Below the pieces are notes generated by a model, which was not told where the DNA came from, did not search any database, and saw nothing but the letters and a program-made list of their open reading frames with translations. Positions 39,179 through 49,179 of a stretch of DNA of 64,000 bases are shown piece by piece (positions within the stretch are counted from its first letter, which is position 1; each line of letters starts with the position of its first letter). Source of the DNA: an uncultured Gammaproteobacteria bacterium (GTDB taxonomy: Bacteria; Patescibacteriota; Microgenomatia; UBA10105; UBA927); NCBI GenBank assembly GCA_964621305.1, contig CAZUOM010000002.1, forward strand, positions 73,733-137,732. Direction: 5' to 3'. A program made the position numbers and the translations under genes.

Positions 39179-41523
39179 ACGACCAATTTTTAGATCTTAT
39201 CTATAGACTTGAGGTTTTTGGTATAAGCCTACTGCTTATGATCCTCTTCATTGTTGGGTTTATTGTCTTGGGCTATATGTTATTTCTTGCTTGGAAATAT
39301 CGTAATCGAGAACAACACAGCTTGGACACTGTGCTCTTGCAGGTGGCAGTTCCCAGAGACAATGAGATAAAAATTGACGCGGCAGAGCAGATGTTTGCTA
39401 GCCTCCATAGTCTGTATCACGATGATAAATTGGCATTTCTTAAACCTCAAGAACATCTTTCTTTTGAGATTGTTGCAAAGCGGGAGGACGTCCGTTTTTA
39501 TGTGGCCATTCCCAAAAAACATAAAGATTTAGTTGAAAAACAGATCCATGGGTCTTATCCTGGAGCCGACGTCCGTGAGGTCGAAGAATACAATATCTTT
39601 TCAGAAAATGGTAAGGTAGCCTTTGCGGCTCTCCGGCTAAAAAACGCAAATTTTTGCCCAATTCGTATCTACAAAGATTTGCCGGTTGATCCATTATCCA
39701 CAATCACGTCAGTGCTTGCTAAAATGGGGGAGGGGGAGGGAGCAGCCATTCAAGTTCTGGTTCAACCAACCGGCGGAAAATGGAGAAGACAAGGTAGAGG
39801 ATATATTGCTCACGTTAAAAAAATCGAAGCAAACCCAGAAAAAGCGAGCTTTAAAGTTGACCAAAAAACGCTAGAAGCAATCGAACACAAAATTAGCAAA
39901 TCCGGTTACCACGTGGTCGTGCGGCTTGTAGTTTCTTCAACGAGCGAAGAGGGAGCCAAGCATCATCTGGAAAATCTCATTACTGCATTCGGACAGTTTG
40001 TCAGCGACCAGAACCATTTTTTCAAAGTCAAATTTCCCATTAAAAAACTGTTCATGGTGGATTTTGTTTACCGCTACTTTCCATATATTAACCCGCCAAT
40101 TTTTTCCCAATACAGCGTTCTTAACAGCGATGAGTTGGCAACCATTTATCATTTCCCCAACAAGTCTATTGAAACACCCCACATATTTTGGCTTAATGCG
40201 AAACGCGCTCCAGCTCCCATGCAAATTCCCCAGTCGGGATTGTTTTTAGGCATTTCTCGTTACCGGGGGGTTGACCGGTCGATTTATATAAGCGATGAAG
40301 ATCGAAGGCGCCACATGTATGTGATTGGGAAAACCGGGACTGGCAAATCGCAATTACTTGAGGAGATGATCATGCAGGACATTAAAAATGGAAAAGGCCT
40401 GGCGGTTGTAGATCCTCATGGAGATCTTATTGACGGGATTATGTCGAGGATGCCGCCGGATCGGGCAGAGGACATTATTTATTTTGACCCGGCCGATGAA
40501 GAACGGCCTATGGGACTCAACATGTTGGAAGCAAAAACCGAGCAGCAGAAACATTTCGTAGCAACAGCTATTGTAGGCCTCATGTATAAACTTTATGATC
40601 CGCAAAAGACCGGCATAATTGGTCCCCGATTTGAACACGCTATCCGAAATGCGATGCTTACGGTTATGTGCGAGCCGGGCAACACGTTTGTGGAAATCGT
40701 ACGGGTTTTGACTGACAGTGCATTCGTCCAAGAGTTATTGCCCAAAGTGCAGGATCCGATTATCCGTCGATATTGGACCGATCAAATAGCGCAAACGGCA
40801 GACTTTCATAAATCCGAGGTCCTTGACTACATCGTATCCAAGTTCGGTCGGTTCGTTACCAACAAGCTTATGCGCAACATCATCGGTCAGTCTGTTTCCA
40901 GCTTTGATATGCGAAAAGTAATGGATGAGGGAAAAATTCTTTTAGTGAATCTATCGAAAGGAAAAATGGGAGAGGAAAATAGTAATTTTTTGGGGCTTAT
41001 TCTCGTACCTCGCATCTTGATTTCCGCTATGAGCAGACAAGAGATCCCCGAGGATCAACGGCGGGATTTTTACCTCTATGTTGATGAGTTCCAAAATTTT
41101 GCGACTCCTGACTTTGCTCAGATACTCTCCGAAGCTCGTAAATACCGGCTCAATTTGGTTGTTGCCAATCAATTTATTGGGCAAATGGAGGAGGAGGTCA
41201 AAAATGCCATTTTTGGTAACGTAGGGACCGTGACAGCCTTTCGCGTTGGGGTAACGGATGCTAATTATCTTCAGCACGAGTATCAACCGACGTTTAATGA
41301 GACCGACCTCATCAATATTGAAAAATATAATGCCTATATTAAGACAACTGTCCATAACGAACCAGTGAAACCATTTAGTATAGATTTGACTAAGGACATG
41401 AAAAAGGTCACTGCCGAGCGAAATTCACAAATCGGCAAAGCGATTGTGGAACTATCCCGCCTCAAATACGGTCGGAGCAAAGAGTTGGTGGAAGCAGAAA
41501 TTGCGCAACGGGCACGCCTCTGA
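39175..41523 (+). CDS. VirD4/TraD/HerA-like membrane ATPase (type IV coupling-protein-like)
   Basis: N-terminal TM; RRHMYVIGKTGTGKS, VDPHGD, YVDEFQNF, LSEARKY, ANQ. Confidence 0.85.
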   Translation: MNDQFLDLIYRLEVFGISLLLMILFIVGFIVLGYMLFLAWKYRNREQHSLDTVLLQVAVPRDNEIKIDAAEQMFASLHSLYHDDKLAFLKPQEHLSFEIVAKREDVRFYVAIPKKHKDLVEKQIHGSYPGADVREVEEYNIFSENGKVAFAALRLKNANFCPIRIYKDLPVDPLSTITSVLAKMGEGEGAAIQVLVQPTGGKWRRQGRGYIAHVKKIEANPEKASFKVDQKTLEAIEHKISKSGYHVVVRLVVSSTSEEGAKHHLENLITAFGQFVSDQNHFFKVKFPIKKLFMVDFVYRYFPYINPPIFSQYSVLNSDELATIYHFPNKSIETPHIFWLNAKRAPAPMQIPQSGLFLGISRYRGVDRSIYISDEDRRRHMYVIGKTGTGKSQLLEEMIMQDIKNGKGLAVVDPHGDLIDGIMSRMPPDRAEDIIYFDPADEERPMGLNMLEAKTEQQKHFVATAIVGLMYKLYDPQKTGIIGPRFEHAIRNAMLTVMCEPGNTFVEIVRVLTDSAFVQELLPKVQDPIIRRYWTDQIAQTADFHKSEVLDYIVSKFGRFVTNKLMRNIIGQSVSSFDMRKVMDEGKILLVNLSKGKMGEENSNFLGLILVPRILISAMSRQEIPEDQRRDFYLYVDEFQNFATPDFAQILSEARKYRLNLVVANQFIGQMEEEVKNAIFGNVGTVTAFRVGVTDANYLQHEYQPTFNETDLINIEKYNAYIKTTVHNEPVKPFSIDLTKDMKKVTAERNSQIGKAIVELSRLKYGRSKELVEAEIAQRARL

Positions 41524-41572
41524 TTTATGTTCCCCCTTTACATTCTTCAGAAATATTATATTGTTGATACTT

Positions 41573-42601
41573 ATGCGCATTGCTTTTACGTTTAATGTCA
41601 GACATGTTGCTGCCGCCCTTGAAGGGCAGGCGCAGGACGAGGCCGAATTTGATGAGCCTGCTACAATTGCGGCAATTCACAATGCTATCGTATCCAATGG
41701 ATACGAATGTGTAGACGTAGAAGCAAACGAAGAAGCTTATCTCAAATTAAAAAAGTTAAAAGGGAGTATAGACTTGGTTTTCAACATTGCCGAGGGGCTC
41801 CGCGGCGAGATCCGCGAGGCACAGATTCCGGCAATACTTGAGATCCTCGGGATCCCTTATACTCACTCCGGAGCTCTAACCCAAGCGATTAACCTTGATA
41901 AATCCCTCACCAAAAAAATTTGGCAGTACCACGGGGTGCCAACGCCTAGGTTTGTTGAGATAGGGCCAAAAGATAAACCATACGTTGAGGGTCTGCGTTT
42001 TCCGGTTATAGTCAAACCCAACAGTGAAGGATCCAGCAAGGGAATCTTTAACGATAGTCTTGTCGAAGTTGCGCAGAATTTACCAGCTAAAATTCACCAG
42101 ACCCGCAAGGCTTTTGGCAACGGCGTGCTTGTCGAAGAGTTTATGCCGGGGCGGGAATTTACTATTACAGTAATGGGCAACCCGGGGACAGGGAAGGGGG
42201 TTTATATGCTTCCGACTGTCGAACAGAATTACGACGTGGTGCCGGCAAAATATAAAAAATTTGCCTCCTACGAGGTAAAATGGCTTTTTGAGGATAAGTT
42301 GCCGGACGTGCGGGCAGCCTACATTTGTCCGGCCAAGCTTGATGCGAAGTTGGAAAAGCTTATTGCCGAGCATTGCATAAAAGCATTCACTGTTCTTAAT
42401 TGCCGTGACATTGCGCGCATAGACATTCGGCTAGATCTTTCCGGCAATCCTCACCTGCTTGAGCTTAACACGCTTCCTGGCATGATGCCGGACCCCAATG
42501 TTGTTTCCTATTTCCCCGTTGCGGCCCGAGCAGCCGGTTGGGATTTTAACCGGATGATTGGGCAAATCATTATTCACGCGAAAGAACGCCTTGGAATGTG
42601 A
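41573..42601 (+). CDS. ATP-grasp D-Ala-D-Ala ligase-like protein
   Basis: VFNIAEG, VKPNSEGSSKG, EEF.PGREF, RIDIR, LELNTLPG. Confidence 0.8.
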   Translation: MRIAFTFNVRHVAAALEGQAQDEAEFDEPATIAAIHNAIVSNGYECVDVEANEEAYLKLKKLKGSIDLVFNIAEGLRGEIREAQIPAILEILGIPYTHSGALTQAINLDKSLTKKIWQYHGVPTPRFVEIGPKDKPYVEGLRFPVIVKPNSEGSSKGIFNDSLVEVAQNLPAKIHQTRKAFGNGVLVEEFMPGREFTITVMGNPGTGKGVYMLPTVEQNYDVVPAKYKKFASYEVKWLFEDKLPDVRAAYICPAKLDAKLEKLIAEHCIKAFTVLNCRDIARIDIRLDLSGNPHLLELNTLPGMMPDPNVVSYFPVAARAAGWDFNRMIGQIIIHAKERLGM

Positions 42602-42652
42602 TTTTGGTATAATACCGTGAGATTTACCAGAAGATTTCGCAATAGTTGTTTT

Positions 42653-42725
42653 GGGCCGGTAGCTCAGTGGTAGTAGCACTACTCTTATAAAGTAGGGGTC
42701 GATGGTTCGATCCCATCCCGGCCCA
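42653..42725 (+). tRNA. tRNA-Ile(UAU)
   Basis: GGGCCGG/CCGGCCC acceptor; CTACT-CT-TAT-AA-AGTAG anticodon arm; GGTTCGATCC. Confidence 0.9.
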
Positions 42726-42763
42726 CATAAGCAAAGAGAACACATCATACATCTAAAGAGCAT

Positions 42764-44578
42764 ATGCCAACCGAAAGAGCAGAAGCCAATTTGTTGCCTG
42801 ACTTAACGCCGAATCAGGTACAAGCAAAAAAGCAAATCCTCAATTTATTGAAATCGTTTTCTCCTACAAAGAAAGCGCTTGTGGTCGTTGAGGGGTTTTC
42901 TGGTGTCGGTAAATCGTTTGTTCTCCAACATCTTGAGGCGGAAGCTATGGAAAAAAAATTTATAACGCCTGGTGAGCGAAGGGACATTCAAAGTCTTTTA
43001 GGACAGATAATCTCTGATGCTAGCTGCGCAGGAGCAGTTATAAGTGTTGGTCCAGGTGAAACTAGACTTGGCAAAGAAAATATAGATTTTCTAGCTAGTC
43101 AAGCAGGGCTTAAGACGATTTCTGTCATTTTGCCAGGAATGGACAGAAAAGAAACGGAGGAATATCTTAAAAAAAATTTTTTAACAGTAGCCGAAGCACC
43201 GCTATCAAAAGATCAGTTAGCACGTTATTCTTTAGGGATTCCGTTGTTGGCGAGACGTTTGGTTGAGGGGGCGGTGAACGATCAACAAGCAATAGAATTA
43301 GTTGCCGAATATCTCTACGAAGTCACGCCAAAAGCGCTGTTAGACCCTGAAGTCGGAGTTTTAGAAAATTTTAGACAAGGGTTTTTTCGTCAACCTTTTC
43401 CTCAAGAGATAATTACTCGGCTTACAACAATTATCGTGGAAAAACGGAAACAGTTTTTGACAGAAGGAATACGATCGTATTTGGCAAAAACGAGAGACCG
43501 ATGGAATAAATTAAAAGAAGAGGGAATTGATGAAATTCCTGCCACTCCGCTAACAGAAGAAACCACTCAGATGTATATTCTTTCGGCCATAAATCGGCCC
43601 GAAGCAGCACTTTTCGGAATGATGCGGCACATAGAAATATTGGCGCCCGGCCTAAGCCAAGAAACATTCGAAAAAATACAACACAGTTTGGGGTTTGAGG
43701 TCGGTCGCTATGGTAAGCCAGAGAAGATTCCGAGAGGAAAGATATTTACTATAGAGGACGATAGATTGATTATTGCCGCATTTACCACCGATGGTACAGT
43801 ATACCTTCACGAAGGAAGGAGGGCGCATCAAGAGAACGGAGTTCACGTTGTCACTAACAGCGCAAAAAAAATCGTAGATCGAGCAAGAGCTGCAACATTA
43901 ATCCCAACAGAAACTCCACTTGGTAATGCAATCTATATGGAATATTTTGATCACGGCAATCTTCCAAACGACGCCATCAAAGCCGGCCTCATGGTAGAGA
44001 CGCTTTTGCAACACGTAGGCGTACCCTACTACGCGGTAAATACGTACGCGGGCAAAGAGTACGCGTATGTTCCGGAAGAAAATCGTTATTATATGCCACT
44101 AACTGAACAGACTCTATCTATCCGGGATATCCTTAATAACAAGGGTTTATCTGGTGTTGAAGAAGAGCTTAAAAGCCGAGGTGCTGACGAAGGCGTCATA
44201 CGAGAACACCTAGCTAAAGATCCACGAACGCGGCGGTTGCTTTTCGGAATTCCTAAAAACGTGTCGCTTTCATCCCTTCGGTCTATTTTGGAACAAAAAA
44301 TCAAGTTAGAGACAAATCCTGAGAGGCTGAAGGGGTTTGAATATTTGCAAGAAGATATTAAATTTAGCAGTAGTAGTTCATGGTCACTCTTAAGCGCTAG
44401 AGCAAAACTTGAAGTTTATGAGTTTGAGGCGATCGAAAAATTGAGAAAGATACTGTTTAGCGAGAATTTAGAGGAAAGAGCGAAAGTTGAAAACGGGTTA
44501 GATATGGCCACGGATTATGCCGTTATTCAAAAATTAAAAACTGAGATCACTGCGAAAATAATGAAGACAAGAAAGTAA
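42764..44578 (+). CDS. Hypothetical P-loop protein (possibly STAND-like)
   Basis: VVVEGFSGVGKS Walker A; YSLGIPLLA GxP-like motif. Confidence 0.6.
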   Translation: MPTERAEANLLPDLTPNQVQAKKQILNLLKSFSPTKKALVVVEGFSGVGKSFVLQHLEAEAMEKKFITPGERRDIQSLLGQIISDASCAGAVISVGPGETRLGKENIDFLASQAGLKTISVILPGMDRKETEEYLKKNFLTVAEAPLSKDQLARYSLGIPLLARRLVEGAVNDQQAIELVAEYLYEVTPKALLDPEVGVLENFRQGFFRQPFPQEIITRLTTIIVEKRKQFLTEGIRSYLAKTRDRWNKLKEEGIDEIPATPLTEETTQMYILSAINRPEAALFGMMRHIEILAPGLSQETFEKIQHSLGFEVGRYGKPEKIPRGKIFTIEDDRLIIAAFTTDGTVYLHEGRRAHQENGVHVVTNSAKKIVDRARAATLIPTETPLGNAIYMEYFDHGNLPNDAIKAGLMVETLLQHVGVPYYAVNTYAGKEYAYVPEENRYYMPLTEQTLSIRDILNNKGLSGVEEELKSRGADEGVIREHLAKDPRTRRLLFGIPKNVSLSSLRSILEQKIKLETNPERLKGFEYLQEDIKFSSSSSWSLLSARAKLEVYEFEAIEKLRKILFSENLEERAKVENGLDMATDYAVIQKLKTEITAKIMKTRK

Positions 44579-44629
44579 TTACAATTCTTCTAGTTTTACT
44601 CTCTCCGCTGGCTGGTCCTTGACAAATTC
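44579..44629 (-). repeat. Ghost copy of the xer 3' end (45349-45399)
   Basis: EFVKDQPAERVKLEEL* vs EFIKGQPAERVKLEEL*; 40/51 nt identical. Confidence 0.95.
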
Positions 44630-44652
44630 TGAATTTCTGATATTCTGAAAAT

Positions 44653-44913
44653 ATGATCTATACTGCGGTGATTAGACAGCGGGGACAACTCACGGTTCCC
44701 GACCGGATACGGGACATCCTGTCTTGGCTTCGGACCGGATCGGTAGTTGGCATTGAAGTGACTGGTGACGAATTACGCCTTACCCCTCATACGAAGACCA
44801 TGAAACCTATTGACTGGGACGCCTTTTTTTCCAAAATTCACTTAGCACGGTCATTTCGGGGGAAACGGGGAAACCTTTCTGCTGCGGTGGCAGAAGATAG
44901 AGAGAATCATTAG
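44653..44913 (+). CDS. AbrB/MazE-type antitoxin
   Basis: RGQLTVPDRIR. Confidence 0.85.
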   Translation: MIYTAVIRQRGQLTVPDRIRDILSWLRTGSVVGIEVTGDELRLTPHTKTMKPIDWDAFFSKIHLARSFRGKRGNLSAAVAEDRENH

Positions 44914-44914
44914 C

Positions 44915-45343
44915 ATGGTCAAACCGACAAAATTAGTCGTCGACTCTTCAGTATTGGTGAAGTGGGTAAATAGCCAGGATGAACAATATCTTGCACAAGC
45001 CGACGCCATAGCCCGCGACTGCAGAAGGGGAAAAGTCCTCTTGCTAGCCCCGGAATTAGCAAAGTACGAAGTAGCTAATGCACTGTGGAAAAAGGGGCTG
45101 CCGGCGCCGCAAGCCCAAGCATCTCTGGGAACGATTTACGTCTCCCCAGTAGAGTTTGTGAAGCAGGATGAGCAACAGGCGATGCGAGCAATGGAGATAG
45201 CCATCGCCACCCCGATGACCTTTTACGACGCCTCATCTTTAAGCCTTGCGGAATCTGTTGGAGCCACACTCGTTACAGATAATCCAAAACATCAGAAGAA
45301 GGTAAAAGGAGTAAAAGTAGTTTCGCTCAAAGACTATCAGTAA
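44915..45343 (+). CDS. vapC: VapC/PIN toxin
   Basis: VVDSSVLVKW, E..NAL, FYDA, LVTD. Confidence 0.88.
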   Translation: MVKPTKLVVDSSVLVKWVNSQDEQYLAQADAIARDCRRGKVLLLAPELAKYEVANALWKKGLPAPQAQASLGTIYVSPVEFVKQDEQQAMRAMEIAIATPMTFYDASSLSLAESVGATLVTDNPKHQKKVKGVKVVSLKDYQ

Positions 45344-45348
45344 TTTCT

Positions 45349-46215
45349 CTAGAGCTCCTCGAGTTTTACTCTCTCTGCTGGCTGGCCCTTGATGAACTCG
45401 AGGTATTTTTCCGTCGTCGAGAGGCGCTTGTGGCCGACGAGTTTACTTAGGGTGGTGATTGGCGTTCCCGCCATCAGGTGGTGGGCGATGAATGTGTGAC
45501 GGAGGTCGTTAACCTTGGCATCCTCAATGCCTGCCACTTTGAAATATCGGTCTATAGCGGTCCGGATATTACGGATAAGAAGAGGCTTGCCGGTTTTGGT
45601 AATAAAGAGTGCTTTACTCTTGATATTATCGCCGCGTATTATGACATAACGAGCGATTGCGTCCTTGGCTGCTTTGTTTAGCGGGATGCTTCGTTCCGCA
45701 TGCCCCTCTTGCGCGGCGATGTGGAGCTGGTTGTCTTTGATATCTTCAGTTGCCAAGTTAGCTAGTTCGCCGATACGTATACCGGTTTGCAAAAACAGCT
45801 CGACGATGGCATAAGTACGAATGTCTCCGCGGCAGGCATCACGAAGCGCCCGGTATTCCAGTTTGGACAAAATGCGGGGCGGCTTGATCTCATACTTGGG
45901 ATGCTCAATTTCTCTAGCCGGATCTACAGCGATAGCACCGCCTGACTTGAGGAACCGGAAAAAAGTTTTGATCGAGTTGATTTTGCGAGAAATGGACTTG
46001 GCCTTGTAATTGTCGCTTCCTAGTTTTTTGATGAATGCCTCTAATTCGTCCAGTGATACATCTAGTACAGCTTTTACCCCCATATTCTCGAGGAATGAGA
46101 CTAACTGTTCAATATCTTTGTGATATGCTACGATTGTGGCTTTGGCACGGCGGCGGCTACCGAGGTAGTCGGTAAATTGGGCATGTGCGGCTCGAAGGTC
46201 GGGTGTAGTAGCCAT
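45349..46215 (-). CDS. XerC/D-like tyrosine recombinase
   Basis: SAM-like N-terminus; TGIRIGEL, NDLRHTF, LVGH, TEKY. Confidence 0.9.
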   Translation of the reverse strand: MATTPDLRAAHAQFTDYLGSRRRAKATIVAYHKDIEQLVSFLENMGVKAVLDVSLDELEAFIKKLGSDNYKAKSISRKINSIKTFFRFLKSGGAIAVDPAREIEHPKYEIKPPRILSKLEYRALRDACRGDIRTYAIVELFLQTGIRIGELANLATEDIKDNQLHIAAQEGHAERSIPLNKAAKDAIARYVIIRGDNIKSKALFITKTGKPLLIRNIRTAIDRYFKVAGIEDAKVNDLRHTFIAHHLMAGTPITTLSKLVGHKRLSTTEKYLEFIKGQPAERVKLEEL

Positions 46216-46264
46216 AGAATGTACCCTATAATATCATACACCAAGACACTACGCAAGCACCACA

Positions 46265-46636
46265 ATGTTATACGTTTACAGAAAAACCCATTTAGTTCAT
46301 ATCCTCATAGTTGGGGTGAGTTTGCTTGTGGCTGTTACACTTTCTCGATCGGTATACAACCTTTGGAAGAAACATAACGTTGTCGGCAAGCGCGCAGAAA
46401 TACTTGCGATGGAACAAAGAGAGAACGAACGATTACAACAAGAGCTAATTGACGTACAAAAGCCAGAATTTATAGAAAAAGAAGTTCGTGAGAAGTTGGG
46501 CATGGCACGGGATGGGGAGGTAGTCGTCATACTACCGAAAGTACAGCCACCAGCTGACAAATTAGGCCTTAGAGATGGCAAAAAACAAACAAAAGAGACT
46601 TTTTATTGGTTACAATGGTGGGAAATTTTCTTTTAG
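46265..46636 (+). CDS. Septum formation initiator (FtsB/DivIC-like)
   Basis: TM, coiled coil, FIEK..REKLGM...GE. Confidence 0.8.
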   Translation: MLYVYRKTHLVHILIVGVSLLVAVTLSRSVYNLWKKHNVVGKRAEILAMEQRENERLQQELIDVQKPEFIEKEVREKLGMARDGEVVVILPKVQPPADKLGLRDGKKQTKETFYWLQWWEIFF

Positions 46637-46641
46637 CATAT

Positions 46642-48345
46642 ATGGTCAATCTCTTGTTTATTTTTTTATGGTTTTTTATGGCTCTGCCTGTGTACGCTCA
46701 AACATGCGACCCCGTGTGTACCAATGCAGACGAGTGTAAAGAGAAAATTGCCAAGTGCCAGGAAGCGTGGAACATGATGGAGTCAGCTAAAAAGCCTCAC
46801 GTTGATACATTGAAAAAAGTGGAAGCGGACATTGTCTCATTTCAGGAGCGCATTAAGGCGTTAGAAGTGGACATTGCCCGGAAGGCAGCTGCAATTGTTG
46901 TAAGAGAAAAAGAGCTTATTGGTTATCTGGTCGTTACCACGCGACGAGTACGACAGTTTTATATTCGAAGCTTTGCTGCAAATCCTTTAACTCTCTTTTT
47001 TTCATCAACATCAGCTGGATCGTTTCTTCGGACACTGGGCTACCAACAGACAGTTATTAATGAAGACAAGAAGGTAATAACCCAGACAGCTGTTTCTGTC
47101 CATGATTTGGAGGAACGCAAGCAGAGGTTAGAAAAAGAACGAGGCGCGCTTGCGTACATTAAAGCAGAAACAGATCGACGAGCAGAGTCTGTGAGAAAAC
47201 TCGTAGGGGAAGCAACAGCATATCAGTTAAAAGTATCCGGCATTATCGTAAGGCTCACCACCCAACAACAGGCGATACTCACTGCCCGATCGGGAACATT
47301 CACAACGAGCGTTGGAGATGTTCCTTTGGCGGACGACCCAAACTCAAGTCCTGAGTATGATCCGGGCTTTCGTCCTGCTTATGCGGGTTTTTCGTTTGGT
47401 GCCTATACGCACAAAAAAGGCATGAGCCAGTATGGAGCCAAAGGGAGAGCCGATTCTGGACAAAACTATCGGGACATATTACGAGCATATTATGGCAGAG
47501 AACCGTCGGAGAAGGATACAGGAGGATCAATTAGCGTTGCTGGGTTTGGCAGCATGGATTTTGAAACGAATTATCTTCTGGGTATAGCCGAGATGCCGTC
47601 GAATTTTCCTAAAGAGGCGCTGAAGGCTCAAGCAGTTGCCGCCAGAACATATGCTTGGCGGTACAAAAATTCGGGACAAACGATTTGCACGACGCAATCG
47701 TGTCAGGTGTTTTCTAAATCAAAAGCAGAGAACCCACCGGGCGAGTGGCGCTCAGCTGTTGAAGAAACACGGGGGCAGGTGTTGGATGAGGTTGTCGGTT
47801 ACTACTCATCCACAACTGGTGGCTATATCAACACTATTGGTTGGGATACCACATGTGGAAACGGCGGTTGTTGGACCGGCGGAGCGTATGAAAAAATAGC
47901 CGGATCGCCGTGGTTTTACAAAGGTTGGTATACGGCCGATTACTACAATTCGTCTGGTAAATGTGGTCGGTCGCACCCGTGGCTCACAGTCGAAGAATTT
48001 GCCGATATTATAAATTCATGGATTGTTCGTAAAAACGGGTCAGTTGATGATGCGAGCCATATTTTGCCAACTACGATAAACAGTTGTCCGATAGCTGGAA
48101 CAAGTGGCAATCCTTACTCTATGGAGGAGATGCGTACGAAAGCCTCTAGCATGGGAGGAGCAGTGACGTCTATTGCCAGTGTTTCAGTTTCCTACAACAG
48201 CGGTGGTTATACGGAAAACGTCATACTGCAAACCAATCGCGGTGGCTTGACGATACCCGGAGGCGAATTTAAAGAATCATTTAACTTACGAGCCCCAGGA
48301 TACATTTCCATCAGAAGCGCGTTATTTAATATAGAAAAAAAGTAG
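46642..48345 (+). CDS. SpoIID/LytB-domain protein with N-terminal coiled coil
   Basis: GMSQYGA, AEMP, EALKAQAVAARTY, CQVF, YSSTTGG. Confidence 0.85.
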   Translation: MVNLLFIFLWFFMALPVYAQTCDPVCTNADECKEKIAKCQEAWNMMESAKKPHVDTLKKVEADIVSFQERIKALEVDIARKAAAIVVREKELIGYLVVTTRRVRQFYIRSFAANPLTLFFSSTSAGSFLRTLGYQQTVINEDKKVITQTAVSVHDLEERKQRLEKERGALAYIKAETDRRAESVRKLVGEATAYQLKVSGIIVRLTTQQQAILTARSGTFTTSVGDVPLADDPNSSPEYDPGFRPAYAGFSFGAYTHKKGMSQYGAKGRADSGQNYRDILRAYYGREPSEKDTGGSISVAGFGSMDFETNYLLGIAEMPSNFPKEALKAQAVAARTYAWRYKNSGQTICTTQSCQVFSKSKAENPPGEWRSAVEETRGQVLDEVVGYYSSTTGGYINTIGWDTTCGNGGCWTGGAYEKIAGSPWFYKGWYTADYYNSSGKCGRSHPWLTVEEFADIINSWIVRKNGSVDDASHILPTTINSCPIAGTSGNPYSMEEMRTKASSMGGAVTSIASVSVSYNSGGYTENVILQTNRGGLTIPGGEFKESFNLRAPGYISIRSALFNIEKK

Positions 48346-48358
48346 TATACTAGCCCAA

Positions 48359-48943
48359 ATGACTACGCATTTTGCCGGTGGCAAGCACATGGGACCGCTA
48401 GCTGCCTTTGCAATTAATCCGAAAGGACTGCGGTTCGAGACCCAGCAAGAAGATGAGACGGTGCTGTTGTTTTTACGGCAGCACTTGGTGGTTAATGTAC
48501 CCTGGATTTTTTTGACTATTTTTTTGCTGGTTGCCCCTTTTGTTTTATTTCCGACGGTCGTAGGGTCTATTGCTCCGATCATAATTCCGGCAAATTATAG
48601 CACCGTGAGCATTCTTGTTTGGTATTTAGTGACATTTGGATTTGCTTTTAGTAGCTTTTTGAAGTGGTTTTTTAATATTTACATCGTTACCAACGAGCGG
48701 ATTGTAGATATAGATTTTCTTCATCTTCTCTATAAACAGTTTTCTGAGGCAAGACTTGTCAACATACAAGACATCACCTATAAAACCGGTGGCATTATAG
48801 AAACGATGTTTAATTTTGGTACCGTGCTCGTTCAGACTGCCGGGACGGCTCCTAATTTTGAGTTTGGCGCAGTTCCCAATCCAGACCAGATTGTCAAAAT
48901 CATCTCTGAAGCCGCCGAGGAGGCAAAAAAACGAGGTGTATGA
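48359..48943 (+). CDS. Membrane protein with bacterial PH (bPH_2) domain
   Basis: 2 TM; IVTNERIVD, IQD, FNFG.V..QTAG. Confidence 0.75.
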   Translation: MTTHFAGGKHMGPLAAFAINPKGLRFETQQEDETVLLFLRQHLVVNVPWIFLTIFLLVAPFVLFPTVVGSIAPIIIPANYSTVSILVWYLVTFGFAFSSFLKWFFNIYIVTNERIVDIDFLHLLYKQFSEARLVNIQDITYKTGGIIETMFNFGTVLVQTAGTAPNFEFGAVPNPDQIVKIISEAAEEAKKRGV

Positions 48944-49161
48944 TCATCAGTCAACTACCAACGGTTGCGCTTTTTGGGTTTAAAATCCTCCTCCTTGTTG
49001 GTCTTGGGGTTTACACGATTTTTGCCATGGTCATGATGCAGCAGACGCGGCTCATGACCAACGTGTTTAACGATTCTTTTGAAACAGTGCTTAAGATCAT
49101 TTCACTTTTCCATTTGGTTGCCGCAATTGCTCTCCTTCTTCTGGCAACGGTTATCTTATAA
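48940..49161 (+). CDS. Small 2-TM protein (DUF5657-like)
   Basis: Y..FA..M..Q..LM; hydrophobic; translationally coupled. Confidence 0.6.
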   Translation: MIISQLPTVALFGFKILLLVGLGVYTIFAMVMMQQTRLMTNVFNDSFETVLKIISLFHLVAAIALLLLATVIL

Positions 49162-49179
49162 CGATTATAATGATTCTTG

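Noticed and set aside
39175-41523. Conjugative element around the VirD4-like ATPase
   Set aside because: There is no relaxase, VirB4 or pilus gene nearby, and the context is chromosomal.
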